Of a stretch of 64,000 bases of DNA, positions 19,384 through 28,676 are shown one piece after another (position 1 is the first letter of the stretch; every line of letters begins with the position of its first letter). The notes below the pieces were generated by a model. It saw only the letters and a program-made list of their open reading frames with translations, had not been told where the DNA came from and ran no database searches. The translations under genes were made by a program, and so were the position numbers. The DNA comes from a virus, in IMG/VR virus record IMGVR_UViG_3300027708_000059. One strand, written 5' to 3'.

Positions 19384-21965
19384 TATTTAGTTTTTTTAGC
19401 ACGTCCTTTTGCATTTTCTCTAGCAACAGCTAAATCATTTGCTTGATTCTCTCTAGCCACTTGTAGTTTTTCTCTCTCTAATGCCATCTTATCCATAGCT
19501 TGTTTACTCTTAGATTGAATATCCATCACCTTCATATCATAATCTTTAGCAGCTTTAGCCTGGTCATTAGTCAGCTTACTCATTTCTAGTACATCTGGAA
19601 CAGCATTTGCATCCATATCAGGTAGAGGACCACTTTTAGCTTCAGCAGCTATAATGGCAAGTTCTTTCTTATTAATCCTGTCTAGCTCATTTTGATAATC
19701 ATCATGTGCAAGTTGTTGTTCGTGTTGAGCTTGAGCTTGCTGTAATTGAGCTTGAGCCTGTTGTTGCTGTTGTTCAAGCTGTTGTTGTTGCTGCTGTTGC
19801 TGTTGCATTTGCATAGCTTCTTGCTTCTCCTTAAGTGTCTTGAACACTTTTTTCATCTGACGTACAGAATCTGTACTGTATAATTCAATAATGTCATGAA
19901 GACTTCCACCATTCTGTATAACAGCTTGTGACAATCCTCTAAGCTCATTAAACATCTTCTGATCTTCAGGTCTATTAGTAAGGAACACTTTAAGATCTCT
20001 AAACTTAAGATCTGATCCGTTCACTTGAACAAATGCAGATTCTCCATTATTAGTGATGTATGACAATGTTGATTGTGGTTTCTTACTTTCTACATATAAA
20101 GCTGCATCTATAATAGCTTGATAGAGTTGACCAAGAACATATTCATGAGCTACAAATAAAGGTTCTGTTTGAGAATAAGACTGTGTAATAGCAGTGTTTG
20201 TACCTGTAGCACTCTCACTAGCTGATACACTTCCCATTCTTTGTTTAGACATACCTATCAGTTCCCAGCACTCATTCTTTAATTGTATAGCTAGTTGATA
20301 ACGAGCTTGCATTTCCTGTGTACGTGTAAGATCTAAAGATGTAAATTGATTGAATGAACTAGGAGCTTTTAAATTCTCAGGACTATCATCTATAAATACC
20401 ACACCTCTATTACGAGCTTCCATTTCCCAGATATCCAAAGCATCTTGTGCATCTCCATCTTTAGGAATAGGAATATGTCTCAATGACATAAGTTGCACCT
20501 TACCCACTTCTTTCTCAAGTAGTTTGTAAAGCTGGTTCATACATACATTATATAACACTTGGAAAGGTTTCATAAGATCCACTAAGCTTTTAGGCTCTGT
20601 ATTTTTAATCTCATGTACAAGTCCAATGATAGGACAATAGTTTAAAAGTTTATATGGTTTAATGAAATAGATATCTGGACCAATCTTAATTCCTTGATAC
20701 CATTGGTTAATCCATCCCCATTCTAAAGATTGTTGTGTAGGAATAGTTCCTGATTTATAGCTTTCGTCAACTAGGGTTGATTGCTCATTACCCATTTCAT
20801 CTATATATATCAACTTACCAATCTTCTTCTTAGAAATCCAATAGCTTCTCACTACAACATATTTATAACCAAATGAAGATACATTAGATGTAAGTCCTAA
20901 GAAATCTTTAAGACCATCATCGTTCTCTTTCATCTCAGATTCTATAATCATTCTTGTCTGAAGAACCAAAGGATCAAATGTATCATATTGTATTGAATCA
21001 TTTCCAGGTATAGCATCAGGGTTCCCAAGATTTGATTCTCTAACATTAATCAATCCATAATCTTGTAGTGAACTACGTAAATGATCAATCTCTTCTTTAG
21101 TCAATTCTGGAATTGATTCTATTATCTCAGAGAGTTCCATAACTTGCACAGTACCAGCAGCATATGCACCTCTTGCTCTACCTGTAGGATCTGAAATAAA
21201 TTTTCTATCTGGAGTACTTAGGAACCAAGTGGTCTTTGGATTAGCCACTTCTATATTAAATCCTAATTTAGAATTGTCTTCGTATATATGATAGAATTCT
21301 CTAGCAGATATTAACATATCCCTAAAAGCATCTTCACTCATTTCTTTTGTATTGAATTCAGCCTTCTGACATGTAAGAACATGGTTTGCCCATTTTTCAG
21401 CTACAGAAGTGTAGTCATCTAATTCATCCTTCACCTCTTCCATTGTCATTTGCTGAATCTCTTCATCTGGAATCTCCTGTCCTTGTAGGGCAGCTTTTTC
21501 CATAATCTTTTGTCTGGCTTGATTAATAACATACTCTTGTAGAATACCTGTCTTAAACTCTAGCTCTTCTGCTTGACTGTCATCATCAAAAGCCTTCACT
21601 CTAAATGCATCTGGTCTCTTAGAGATTTCTCCTACTAATTCATTAATAGGAGTGGTGAGAATAGAATAATGTTTAACGTGAGCAGGTAGTTGAAGATTAA
21701 CTTCAAGCATCTGTGTAAAACTTTTTACTGTTGGCTCTTGATAAAAATCCTCCATACGAAGAATTCCTTTTACAAGATCATAGTTCTTTACAAACGTATC
21801 TCTGTTTTTTACATATTCAGCATAAGCTTTATTTGCAAAATAATCCATTGTATTCTTAATCCAACTTTCATCTTGTTTTTCTTTATCTGTTTTAAATTGA
21901 TCAGGAAAGATGTTAAGATAGGCATACCTAATGGTAGCATCTTTTGTATATCTAATTATTGCCAT
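19383..21965 (-). CDS. putative portal protein
   Basis: 860 aa, start/stop-coupled to the terminase large subunit. Poly-Gln coiled coil and basic tail at the C-terminus. Confidence 0.55.
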   Translation of the reverse strand: MAIIRYTKDATIRYAYLNIFPDQFKTDKEKQDESWIKNTMDYFANKAYAEYVKNRDTFVKNYDLVKGILRMEDFYQEPTVKSFTQMLEVNLQLPAHVKHYSILTTPINELVGEISKRPDAFRVKAFDDDSQAEELEFKTGILQEYVINQARQKIMEKAALQGQEIPDEEIQQMTMEEVKDELDDYTSVAEKWANHVLTCQKAEFNTKEMSEDAFRDMLISAREFYHIYEDNSKLGFNIEVANPKTTWFLSTPDRKFISDPTGRARGAYAAGTVQVMELSEIIESIPELTKEEIDHLRSSLQDYGLINVRESNLGNPDAIPGNDSIQYDTFDPLVLQTRMIIESEMKENDDGLKDFLGLTSNVSSFGYKYVVVRSYWISKKKIGKLIYIDEMGNEQSTLVDESYKSGTIPTQQSLEWGWINQWYQGIKIGPDIYFIKPYKLLNYCPIIGLVHEIKNTEPKSLVDLMKPFQVLYNVCMNQLYKLLEKEVGKVQLMSLRHIPIPKDGDAQDALDIWEMEARNRGVVFIDDSPENLKAPSSFNQFTSLDLTRTQEMQARYQLAIQLKNECWELIGMSKQRMGSVSASESATGTNTAITQSYSQTEPLFVAHEYVLGQLYQAIIDAALYVESKKPQSTLSYITNNGESAFVQVNGSDLKFRDLKVFLTNRPEDQKMFNELRGLSQAVIQNGGSLHDIIELYSTDSVRQMKKVFKTLKEKQEAMQMQQQQQQQQQLEQQQQQAQAQLQQAQAQHEQQLAHDDYQNELDRINKKELAIIAAEAKSGPLPDMDANAVPDVLEMSKLTNDQAKAAKDYDMKVMDIQSKSKQAMDKMALEREKLQVARENQANDLAVARENAKGRAKKTK

Positions 21966-24007
21966 TATATAAAAAGTTTACTTTTTTGTTTACGATTTCC
22001 ACCAAATAATGTGGATGATGATTGTGAAAATAATTTATTATTATTTTTCTTATTTGAATAAAGTGACATCACTCTAGGATCTGAACTTCCTCCAATTCTT
22101 CCCATGATAGGATCCATTTTCATAGCTTGAGCTATTGCTAATTCTGCTGCTACGATTCTATCAAAGTTACCATTGTCATTATATTGTATAATCTCCTCTA
22201 ATAGAACAGGATCAAATATCTTGCTCACTCCTCTAACTTCTTTGATTACAACACCAGCATCATCTTTCTCTGATATAATAATTTCCTCCATATACTTCTT
22301 AAGACAGTTGTGAAGGTAATCAATTATCTTACCAGATGAACGATGAACACCATATTCTCTTTTAACAGTGGTGTTAGGAACAATCTCTTGTAACCATTGA
22401 GGTTGTTTCTCTAGATAATGAGCATCTCCCTTTGCTTTCATATATTCAATAAATGATATATCATCATTCTCACAAAGGGTTCTAGCATTATAAAACTTAA
22501 TAAGGAGTCTTGCTTGTTCTTCCCACACATCTTTATTATCTGGTCTAGCACAATACGAAGCTACGAACATATCTTGATATTTCTCTCCCATAAGATCGTG
22601 CATTCTCTTATATACATATACAGATCCTAAAGAAGAACTGTATGCTGCTTTACCTTGTCTGTAGGGATCCACTCCAGCTACATATAATCCATAAGGAGGA
22701 TTTTCTACAGGGAATTCATATACAACAATTGGAGCATCTTTCAGATCGTTATTCTTTAGAGGAAAGTTTGATATAGGAAGTTTATCTGTAAACTCATGAC
22801 TCACCTTGTCCTCATCTTGAAATAATATAATAGGAGTTCCTGTACGGTCCTGTTGTAACAACCTAGCTTTCTGCCTTTTAGCTGGTTCTATATCAAAGAT
22901 GTTTGTATCTTCATTTAAGAATATATCATCTACCTCCATAGGGTAGTACATCTTTTCTTTTAAATAAGCTATTCTATCACCAGCTTTCTTAAGTCTTTCT
23001 AGATTACTATTAGTAATTTCAAGTGCTTTCTGTTCATTACTAACCAGCATTTCTATATTATGCAAATCACTTCCAAGAGGTTGTTCTAGAAAAGCTCCTA
23101 ACGTAGACTTTTCTTTAGCTTCCATCCTATACTTATAGGAAAGAAATAATCCATGTATACGTTTCTCATCTTTTGCATTATTATATGTAAGAAAGTTAAA
23201 ATTGTCTACATCAAACATTAAGCTCTTTGCATCCATGAACTTCTTCATATCTCCACCTGTACCTGTAAGAATTGGAGAACATCCCCAACCAAATGGTGTG
23301 GTAAAACCTGGAACAGCAGCTTGTAATCCTCTAAGAAAATTACCCTTACCAATCTCATCTATAATAAGCTTACGTGGTTTTGTACCAGCAATAGCTTCCT
23401 CATTATTACCTTCATCAAGGTTACGTACAAGAATAGAAGAGAAAGGTATTCTCTCTCCTCCTCTGGTTTTAATACCCAATGTCACTTGACTCTTCCAATT
23501 GTCCTCAATTCTTTGCCATCTCCAAGCTTCTGGTAGGAAGTTAAGTCCTTTATCAATCTTATCTGTAATCAGTTTTATATCTGGAGAGTTTAGTCCAGCT
23601 ATAATGTTTTGGGAGTTCTCATCAAATGTAGCTCCCCATGATATATAAGAAGCCTCAATAACACTCTTAGCAAACCTTCGTATACCAAGAATGACTAAGC
23701 CTTTCTTTTCATTATGTGCCCTATCAATCTCATTTGTCACCACCCACTCATTATCTCGTAGATAAGGATTGGCATATTTCTGATTAATTCTACCTCTCTC
23801 ATCTATAATATCCACCTCTGTATGCCAGATGTTTAAATGCCAATAAAGAAAGGGGTTAATATAAACCCCATTCATCATTGCTCCATTTAAGCAAAGTTCT
23901 TTATGAAAATCAAAGAACGGTTTATGTTCAGCAGAATCTTTATCTGGGATTCTTTTCTGATTAGCAAACCAATCTTTGTAATCTATATTCTTTAGTTCTA
24001 AACTCAT
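21965..24007 (-). CDS. terminase large subunit
   Basis: 680 aa with an ATPase Walker A-like segment (GIRRFAKS), Walker B (LIIDEIGKG) and a C-terminal nuclease-like segment. Adjacent to the portal gene. Confidence 0.65.
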   Translation of the reverse strand: MSLELKNIDYKDWFANQKRIPDKDSAEHKPFFDFHKELCLNGAMMNGVYINPFLYWHLNIWHTEVDIIDERGRINQKYANPYLRDNEWVVTNEIDRAHNEKKGLVILGIRRFAKSVIEASYISWGATFDENSQNIIAGLNSPDIKLITDKIDKGLNFLPEAWRWQRIEDNWKSQVTLGIKTRGGERIPFSSILVRNLDEGNNEEAIAGTKPRKLIIDEIGKGNFLRGLQAAVPGFTTPFGWGCSPILTGTGGDMKKFMDAKSLMFDVDNFNFLTYNNAKDEKRIHGLFLSYKYRMEAKEKSTLGAFLEQPLGSDLHNIEMLVSNEQKALEITNSNLERLKKAGDRIAYLKEKMYYPMEVDDIFLNEDTNIFDIEPAKRQKARLLQQDRTGTPIILFQDEDKVSHEFTDKLPISNFPLKNNDLKDAPIVVYEFPVENPPYGLYVAGVDPYRQGKAAYSSSLGSVYVYKRMHDLMGEKYQDMFVASYCARPDNKDVWEEQARLLIKFYNARTLCENDDISFIEYMKAKGDAHYLEKQPQWLQEIVPNTTVKREYGVHRSSGKIIDYLHNCLKKYMEEIIISEKDDAGVVIKEVRGVSKIFDPVLLEEIIQYNDNGNFDRIVAAELAIAQAMKMDPIMGRIGGSSDPRVMSLYSNKKNNNKLFSQSSSTLFGGNRKQKSKLFI

Positions 24008-24336
24008 TTTCTGTTTTTAAGGAAATCTTCAGCCATAGAGCTCATCTCTCCTTTACCCCTAATCTCCACTTTACTCTCTTCAGCACTTCTAAGCTTATCT
24101 ACCACCTCAAGAAGAGATAGATAATTCTTCATTGTTTCCTGTACAAACTTACCCTGTGCTTCAATACTAGCTATCACCATTGGCAACATACCACCTTTGG
24201 ATGTAGGCTTCCATTCAATTCTATCCTTAAGCTCATGAAGCTGATTAGCTGTCACATATGCCCTCCAGGATGTTAATTGTTCTTCTGCCCAATCAAGCTC
24301 TGTATTAATGTATGTAGTTTTTTTAATAGTCGCCAT
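24004..24336 (-). CDS. hypothetical protein (candidate small terminase)
   Basis: Small ORF immediately upstream of TerL, overlapping it by 4 nt. Confidence 0.3.
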   Translation of the reverse strand: MATIKKTTYINTELDWAEEQLTSWRAYVTANQLHELKDRIEWKPTSKGGMLPMVIASIEAQGKFVQETMKNYLSLLEVVDKLRSAEESKVEIRGKGEMSSMAEDFLKNRK

Positions 24337-24628
24337 TATCTTCTTCTTCTTTTAAAATATTATCAAGGTCTAAGCCCTGTCTTATAATATCATCTATTTC
24401 ACTCTCATCTGTATGTGGAATATCCATATCTAGTTGAGCTTTGTATTTAGATAGGGCATATACAAATTCCTTATCTGTTATTCCCCATATATCTCCATAA
24501 TCTGCTAGGCTCGTTGCAATGTGTCTACCTATATTATATTGTGGATAGGAACTATGTAGTTCGTTTAATATACTGATTGTCTGATTGTAATAGTTTGGTT
24601 TCTTCGACATGTCCATAAGTTTATACAA
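24323..24628 (-). CDS. hypothetical protein
   Basis: ORF overlapping its neighbour. Confidence 0.3.
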   Translation of the reverse strand: MYKLMDMSKKPNYYNQTISILNELHSSYPQYNIGRHIATSLADYGDIWGITDKEFVYALSKYKAQLDMDIPHTDESEIDDIIRQGLDLDNILKEEEDNGDY

Positions 24629-24809
24629 GAATGCCTGCTCCTTGTGCTGTCAGCTTTGTTACAGCTGGCTTAACCACAGAATTCAGAATAGCTTGTATTT
24701 GTTCATTAGCTATTTGTTGTGTATCAGCTGTTATTCCAGGGGTAGCACATAGAGCTGCTAATCGTTCAATCATCATAAAAGAATCTTGTGTCATTTGGTT
24801 TGGGTTCAT
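24621..24809 (-). CDS. hypothetical protein
   Basis: 62-aa ORF in an overlapping chain. Confidence 0.25.
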   Translation of the reverse strand: MNPNQMTQDSFMMIERLAALCATPGITADTQQIANEQIQAILNSVVKPAVTKLTAQGAGILV

Positions 24810-25054
24810 GCTAATTCGTTTAAATCGTCTTCATCAGACAGTTTTATTGTTTGGGTTAAATCTTTTTCTACATTTTCAAAATTAATGTTCTCTCTCATAT
24901 ATTCACTATTAAAAGAGACACCTAATGTATCTTGTTCTTCTCCATGTATTCCCATTATGTCAATATATTCCACACCTCTATGATAGAGATCATGCAATGT
25001 ATCCATTAATATCTCTATAGGAATTTTCTTTAATATTATTTCTTGTCCATCCAT
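24806..25054 (-). CDS. hypothetical acidic protein
   Basis: ORF in an overlapping chain. Confidence 0.3.
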   Translation of the reverse strand: MDGQEIILKKIPIEILMDTLHDLYHRGVEYIDIMGIHGEEQDTLGVSFNSEYMRENINFENVEKDLTQTIKLSDEDDLNELA

Positions 25055-25341
25055 TATAATTGTTTTAATTCTTCAGCTATATTTTCTTCCACTACAGCTA
25101 GCCATTTATTCAAAGGACAGCTACAGGAAAGGCATTTAGTTTTTGCAGACAGCGTACATCCACAATCTGTGCAATGAACATCCAATCTGAATGTCTTATG
25201 CTTTGTAGAAATAAGAGGACACTCTTTACATATAGAGATTCTCTCTTTAGCCACTTCCTTAATGGCTTTTTTAAGTTTGGCTGGGGGAACTAAGTTGTTT
25301 CTCCATCCTTCATATACTTGTGAAAAATCAATTTTCATCAA
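25054..25341 (-). CDS. zinc-ribbon protein
   Basis: CKEC...CTDCGC...CLSCSC cysteine pairs. Confidence 0.4.
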   Translation of the reverse strand: MMKIDFSQVYEGWRNNLVPPAKLKKAIKEVAKERISICKECPLISTKHKTFRLDVHCTDCGCTLSAKTKCLSCSCPLNKWLAVVEENIAEELKQL

Positions 25342-25678
25342 TCTTTGGTTTTAATGATTCAATTGCCATTCTTATATTATCTAGCTTCACTGTTAACGAC
25401 TGCCTCTTTGTTTCTGTAATATCCTCGTTCAAAAGCGTTTTTTCATGTATTGCTTTAAAATGTAATAACTTATCTATTTGTTTAGCTGCTTTCTTTTTAT
25501 TAAAGAGCATCTTTCCAAATCCAGCTATCTCTACACTATGATTATTAGCCATTGCCTCATTAGTAGATTGATATTGGTGATCTACCACTGCGTCTATTAT
25601 CTTCTCACTTGTAAGCATCTTCACTGCTAACACCCTAACAAGATAATCTTTCACTGACAGACTCCTTGGCTTATCCAT
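25328..25678 (-). CDS. HU/IHF-like DNA-binding protein
   Basis: N-terminal helix region plus VEIAGFGKM arm motif, resembling the bacterial HU fold (GFG.F). Confidence 0.45.
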   Translation of the reverse strand: MDKPRSLSVKDYLVRVLAVKMLTSEKIIDAVVDHQYQSTNEAMANNHSVEIAGFGKMLFNKKKAAKQIDKLLHFKAIHEKTLLNEDITETKRQSLTVKLDNIRMAIESLKPKIDEN

Positions 25679-26021
25679 GTGTAATTTTTATTTCCATTTG
25701 AATATCCTTTTCAAAATTCAGAATAATCACTGGATTAACCTTCACCTTTGTTCCGTCCTTAACCAACACCCCTATCTTCTTCAGCTTACTAATCATATTG
25801 TTAATTGTAGGAGACGTTGTATTGTATTTTGCACAAAACTCTTGTCTGATGTTGGCGTAACTGATGTTTCCTTTAATGGCAGCAAAAGCTATCAATTGAA
25901 CTTCTCTTTGTGTAAGATGGAGATTGTTAATGGCTGACAAAACATTATAATACATCTGAGCAACAGCATATTGATCCCCTAAAGGCTTTTTAAGCTTCTG
26001 AACAATTACACTATTTTCCAT
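25671..26021 (-). CDS. winged-helix transcriptional regulator (first gene of leftward operon)
   Basis: HTH-like segment (TQREVQLIAFAAIKGNISYANIRQEF ... ISKLKKIGVLVKDG). Confidence 0.4.
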   Translation of the reverse strand: MENSVIVQKLKKPLGDQYAVAQMYYNVLSAINNLHLTQREVQLIAFAAIKGNISYANIRQEFCAKYNTTSPTINNMISKLKKIGVLVKDGTKVKVNPVIILNFEKDIQMEIKITHG

Positions 26022-26041
26022 ATTTAGTTTATAATAATAAG

Positions 26042-26072
26042 CAAAGATAGACCAATTAACAACATCTACAAA
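26042..26072 (-). promoter_or_regulatory. Bacteroidota-type promoter candidate for leftward operon
   Basis: On the minus strand: TTTG - 19 nt - TATCTTTG (TAnnTTTG), about 20 nt upstream of the ATG at 26021. Confidence 0.35.
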
Positions 26073-26123
26073 TAACTAATAACAATATTTACTAATGTTA
26101 TTGCTATATTATGTATTAATTTC

Positions 26124-26360
26124 CTATGCAGGTTTCCAAAACACCATAATAACATTAACAAAAAACAACCCTATAATCAATTCCTCTTCTGTAGAACCAT
26201 CATCTAATGTATATTCATTAAAAGACAACCCTGTATAATAATAAGGATTGTTAAGTGCTTTAATTTCAAATGTAGTTGTTAACTCTCTATATCCCCTAAA
26301 CCCATACACTAAAGCCAACACTAACAAAAATCCTGCAAAGAATAACAATGTCTCAATCAT
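26124..26360 (-). CDS. small membrane protein
   Basis: 78-aa hydrophobic ORF (MIETLLFFAGFLLVLALVYGF...). Confidence 0.35.
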   Translation of the reverse strand: MIETLLFFAGFLLVLALVYGFRGYRELTTTFEIKALNNPYYYTGLSFNEYTLDDGSTEEELIIGLFFVNVIMVFWKPA

Positions 26361-26394
26361 AATAAATTTGTTTATACGTATATGGAATTAATTA

Positions 26395-26605
26395 CACCTT
26401 CCCCACCCACTCACCCCAAAGGTCAATGTTTATTTTAAGACCACCAAATGTTTTTCCAGATATGTGCATATATATGTGAGAATGTCCCCCCTATATTAAA
26501 AATTTTTTATAAGCCCCCCCACCCCATTATATTGGGGAGAGAGAAGGTTACTCCACATATCAACCCCTCCTAAGTTTGGGCAAGTGGGTGTAATCCCCAC
26601 ACTAA
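26395..26605. other. C-rich / G-quadruplex-prone tract at divergent junction
   Basis: CCCCACCCACTCACCCC, GTCCCCC and GCCCCCCCACCCC tracts plus the inverted partner GGGCAAGTGGGTGTAATCCCCACAC, in a genome that is otherwise about 30% GC. Confidence 0.5.
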
Positions 26606-26624
26606 AACATTGCCTCTCATCATT

Positions 26625-27017
26625 ATGCCATTAGAATTTAAAAAGTATGAATCAGCAGAAGCAGGTATTTTCGAAGATCTTGGAACTATCAGATCTGTTG
26701 CAGGTAAAGGCGGAGAAATTGGTTTCATTCCAAAGAATTGGAATAACACTGCAAAGAACGTTGCAATTGTTATCTTCAAGAAGAATGGTACTTCTGCCAC
26801 AGTATCAGCAAGCAAGCCACTAAGCGTTGCACTGCGTGCTAAAGAAGTCAGCATTCGTCAGTTGATGAAGTTTCAGTTAACTGAAGCTCCTAACGGAACA
26901 ATCTTTGTCAGTATGCCAGGTGGTGGTGCTCCAATTCAAAAGCACGCTGTTGACAGCATCAAAGATGAAGACTTTGAGGTGGAGGAATTGTCTCACGAGG
27001 ACACTATTGCAATGTAA
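26625..27017 (+). CDS. early protein, GC-anomalous (about 43% GC), acidic C-terminus
   Basis: The ORF track start at 26610 is TTG; the first ATG is at 26625. Followed by a strong terminator. Composition differs from the neighbouring genes. Confidence 0.55.
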   Translation: MPLEFKKYESAEAGIFEDLGTIRSVAGKGGEIGFIPKNWNNTAKNVAIVIFKKNGTSATVSASKPLSVALRAKEVSIRQLMKFQLTEAPNGTIFVSMPGGGAPIQKHAVDSIKDEDFEVEELSHEDTIAM

Positions 27018-27025
27018 TGCAATCT

Positions 27026-27057
27026 AAGAAAGGGCTAATCGCCCTTTCTTTTCTTTT
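27026..27057 (+). terminator. rho-independent terminator
   Basis: GAAAGGGC-taatc-GCCCTTTC followed by TTTTCTTTT. Confidence 0.7.
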
Positions 27058-27377
27058 ATATACAATCTTTAAGCTGTAAACTGCAAGAGAATAGTAAACT
27101 TTATATAGTATTTGTATATAATATAATAGGTGTATCAACAGTCTTGGAATATAAACAACATTTTCAAACAGCTATATTATACAAATGTAACATACATATA
27201 GCATTAACATATTACAATTGTAATGAGACACAATAATCAGATGTACACTTATAAGATAGAGATAGGCTTATAAGAGCAAAGCAGGTACATCAGTGATAAA
27301 TATTTAATGCATTAGATTGTTATTAAATATCATTCTCATTGCAATTGTATTTTTATTCACACACAAAAAACAAAATT

Positions 27378-27527
27378 ATGAAAGAGTATATAATTACATA
27401 CCAACGTACAGATGGTTCTTTTAGATTTACATTCATTGATGCTAATAACATTGATCAAGCTAAAGAATTAGTATATAATGATAAATTAGATTGTGTTCAG
27501 ATATTAAGTGCTGAATGTAATTACTAA
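27378..27527 (+). CDS. small early protein (49 aa)
   Basis: An internal ATG of the 27339 ORF sits about 18 nt after the conserved TTCACACACA motif. Confidence 0.35.
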   Translation: MKEYIITYQRTDGSFRFTFIDANNIDQAKELVYNDKLDCVQILSAECNY

Positions 27528-27542
27528 AGTTTATTCTCCTGG

Positions 27543-27596
27543 GACACAATAATCGTCAACTGTGGTCATCATGCTACACGTTTGGGTTATTGTGTC
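27543..27596. repeat. perfect 10-bp inverted repeat with 34-nt spacer
   Basis: GACACAATAA ... TTATTGTGTC, inside a 340-bp noncoding stretch. Confidence 0.5.
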
Positions 27597-27880
27597 TACG
27601 AGATTTTAATGCACCAATCTATCTTCCCAAGGGATAGCAGTTATAACATAGTCGAGGTTAGTAGACTTTATATAATCAACTTAAGATAAGGTTATATAAA
27701 GAACGAAAGCCTAAAATCCACATATTGGAGTAGACGTACAAAAATGTTATAGCTGAGTGCAGAGGGATTTTATGTGGTGATACATGGATTAACCAAATAT
27801 ATTGGACAATTAATTGTATTCCAGACAGCAGGAAGACTGCTCACCACATTTTTCATTTACACACATTAAATAATAATTAT

Positions 27881-28081
27881 ATGAACAAACAATTTCTATT
27901 ACAAATGCTTGAATTATCAAACACTAACAGACCATTTAAATATGTAAGTGAGTTATTGTTACAAATAGCTGTTGATCCTGAGCTTGATGATAATGTATCT
28001 ATTGATGATTTTGATAATGAGTTCTATTCAGTTAGGAGTATTAGCTGGATTAAACAATGTTTCAATTTTAATTTAAAATAA
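27881..28081 (+). CDS. hypothetical early protein
   Basis: ORF preceded by the CACACA motif. Confidence 0.4.
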   Translation: MNKQFLLQMLELSNTNRPFKYVSELLLQIAVDPELDDNVSIDDFDNEFYSVRSISWIKQCFNFNLK

Positions 28082-28111
28082 TATTAATTAAACCTTATAA
28101 ATCAATTAGTT

Positions 28112-28483
28112 ATGAATGCAGCAATAGAATTTAACAGTTTTGTTACAGGTAAACCAGATGTTATATGTGCTTATGTAAGAAAGGTAAATTATGGTGAAGA
28201 TCATTATAATGTAAGTCTTCCATTGGGATATACAGAGGAACAATATGCTAATTTTATGCTTGATCTAGATTTTACATATGATAATGGATTTGGAGGACAA
28301 GAAGTAGATGGTGAAATATGGTTTAAAGATGGTACATGGGCTGATAGGGGAGAATATGATGGTTCAGAATGGTGGAACTATCATAAATGTCCTAAAGTAC
28401 CAACATTTCTTTATCCTTTAGAAGAAGAATTACCTTTTGATCAGGCAAATTATTGGGATGGTGATGAAACATCTAAACAATAA
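28112..28483 (+). CDS. hypothetical early protein
   Basis: ORF preceded by the conserved TTATAAATCAATTAGTT-ATG element. Confidence 0.45.
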   Translation: MNAAIEFNSFVTGKPDVICAYVRKVNYGEDHYNVSLPLGYTEEQYANFMLDLDFTYDNGFGGQEVDGEIWFKDGTWADRGEYDGSEWWNYHKCPKVPTFLYPLEEELPFDQANYWDGDETSKQ

Positions 28484-28523
28484 TTTTAAACAACAATTAT
28501 AAATCATTAAACTACAATTAGTT

Positions 28524-28676
28524 ATGAAAAAAGATTATTCAATACAGTTAATAATAATGTTAATATTTGGAGCATTGTTATTTATAATAGCAACAAGTTC
28601 TTGTTCTGTAAATAGAGGAGGATATAAAGCTCCTAAAACATGGCATTGTGTAGTTGGTAAACATCAATTGAGATGA
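28524..28676 (+). CDS. tiny secreted/membrane peptide (50 aa)
   Basis: MKKDYSIQLIIMLIFGALLFIIATSSCS... Signal peptide followed by Cys. Preceded by the conserved upstream element. Coordinates +/-2. Confidence 0.3.
   Translation: MKKDYSIQLIIMLIFGALLFIIATSSCSVNRGGYKAPKTWHCVVGKHQLR

Noticed and set aside
26570-26854. Minus-strand 94-aa ORF overlapping the first early gene
   Set aside because: It overlaps a plus-strand gene that has a clear downstream terminator and coherent composition. It runs into the C-rich junction and has no plausible start context.
27528-27880. tRNA gene in the noncoding gaps (also checked 8976-9152, 33170-33600, 57303-57511)
   Set aside because: No convincing cloverleaf with a GTTC-type T-arm and anticodon stem could be identified by eye. 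tRNAscan-SE should be run, but none is claimed.
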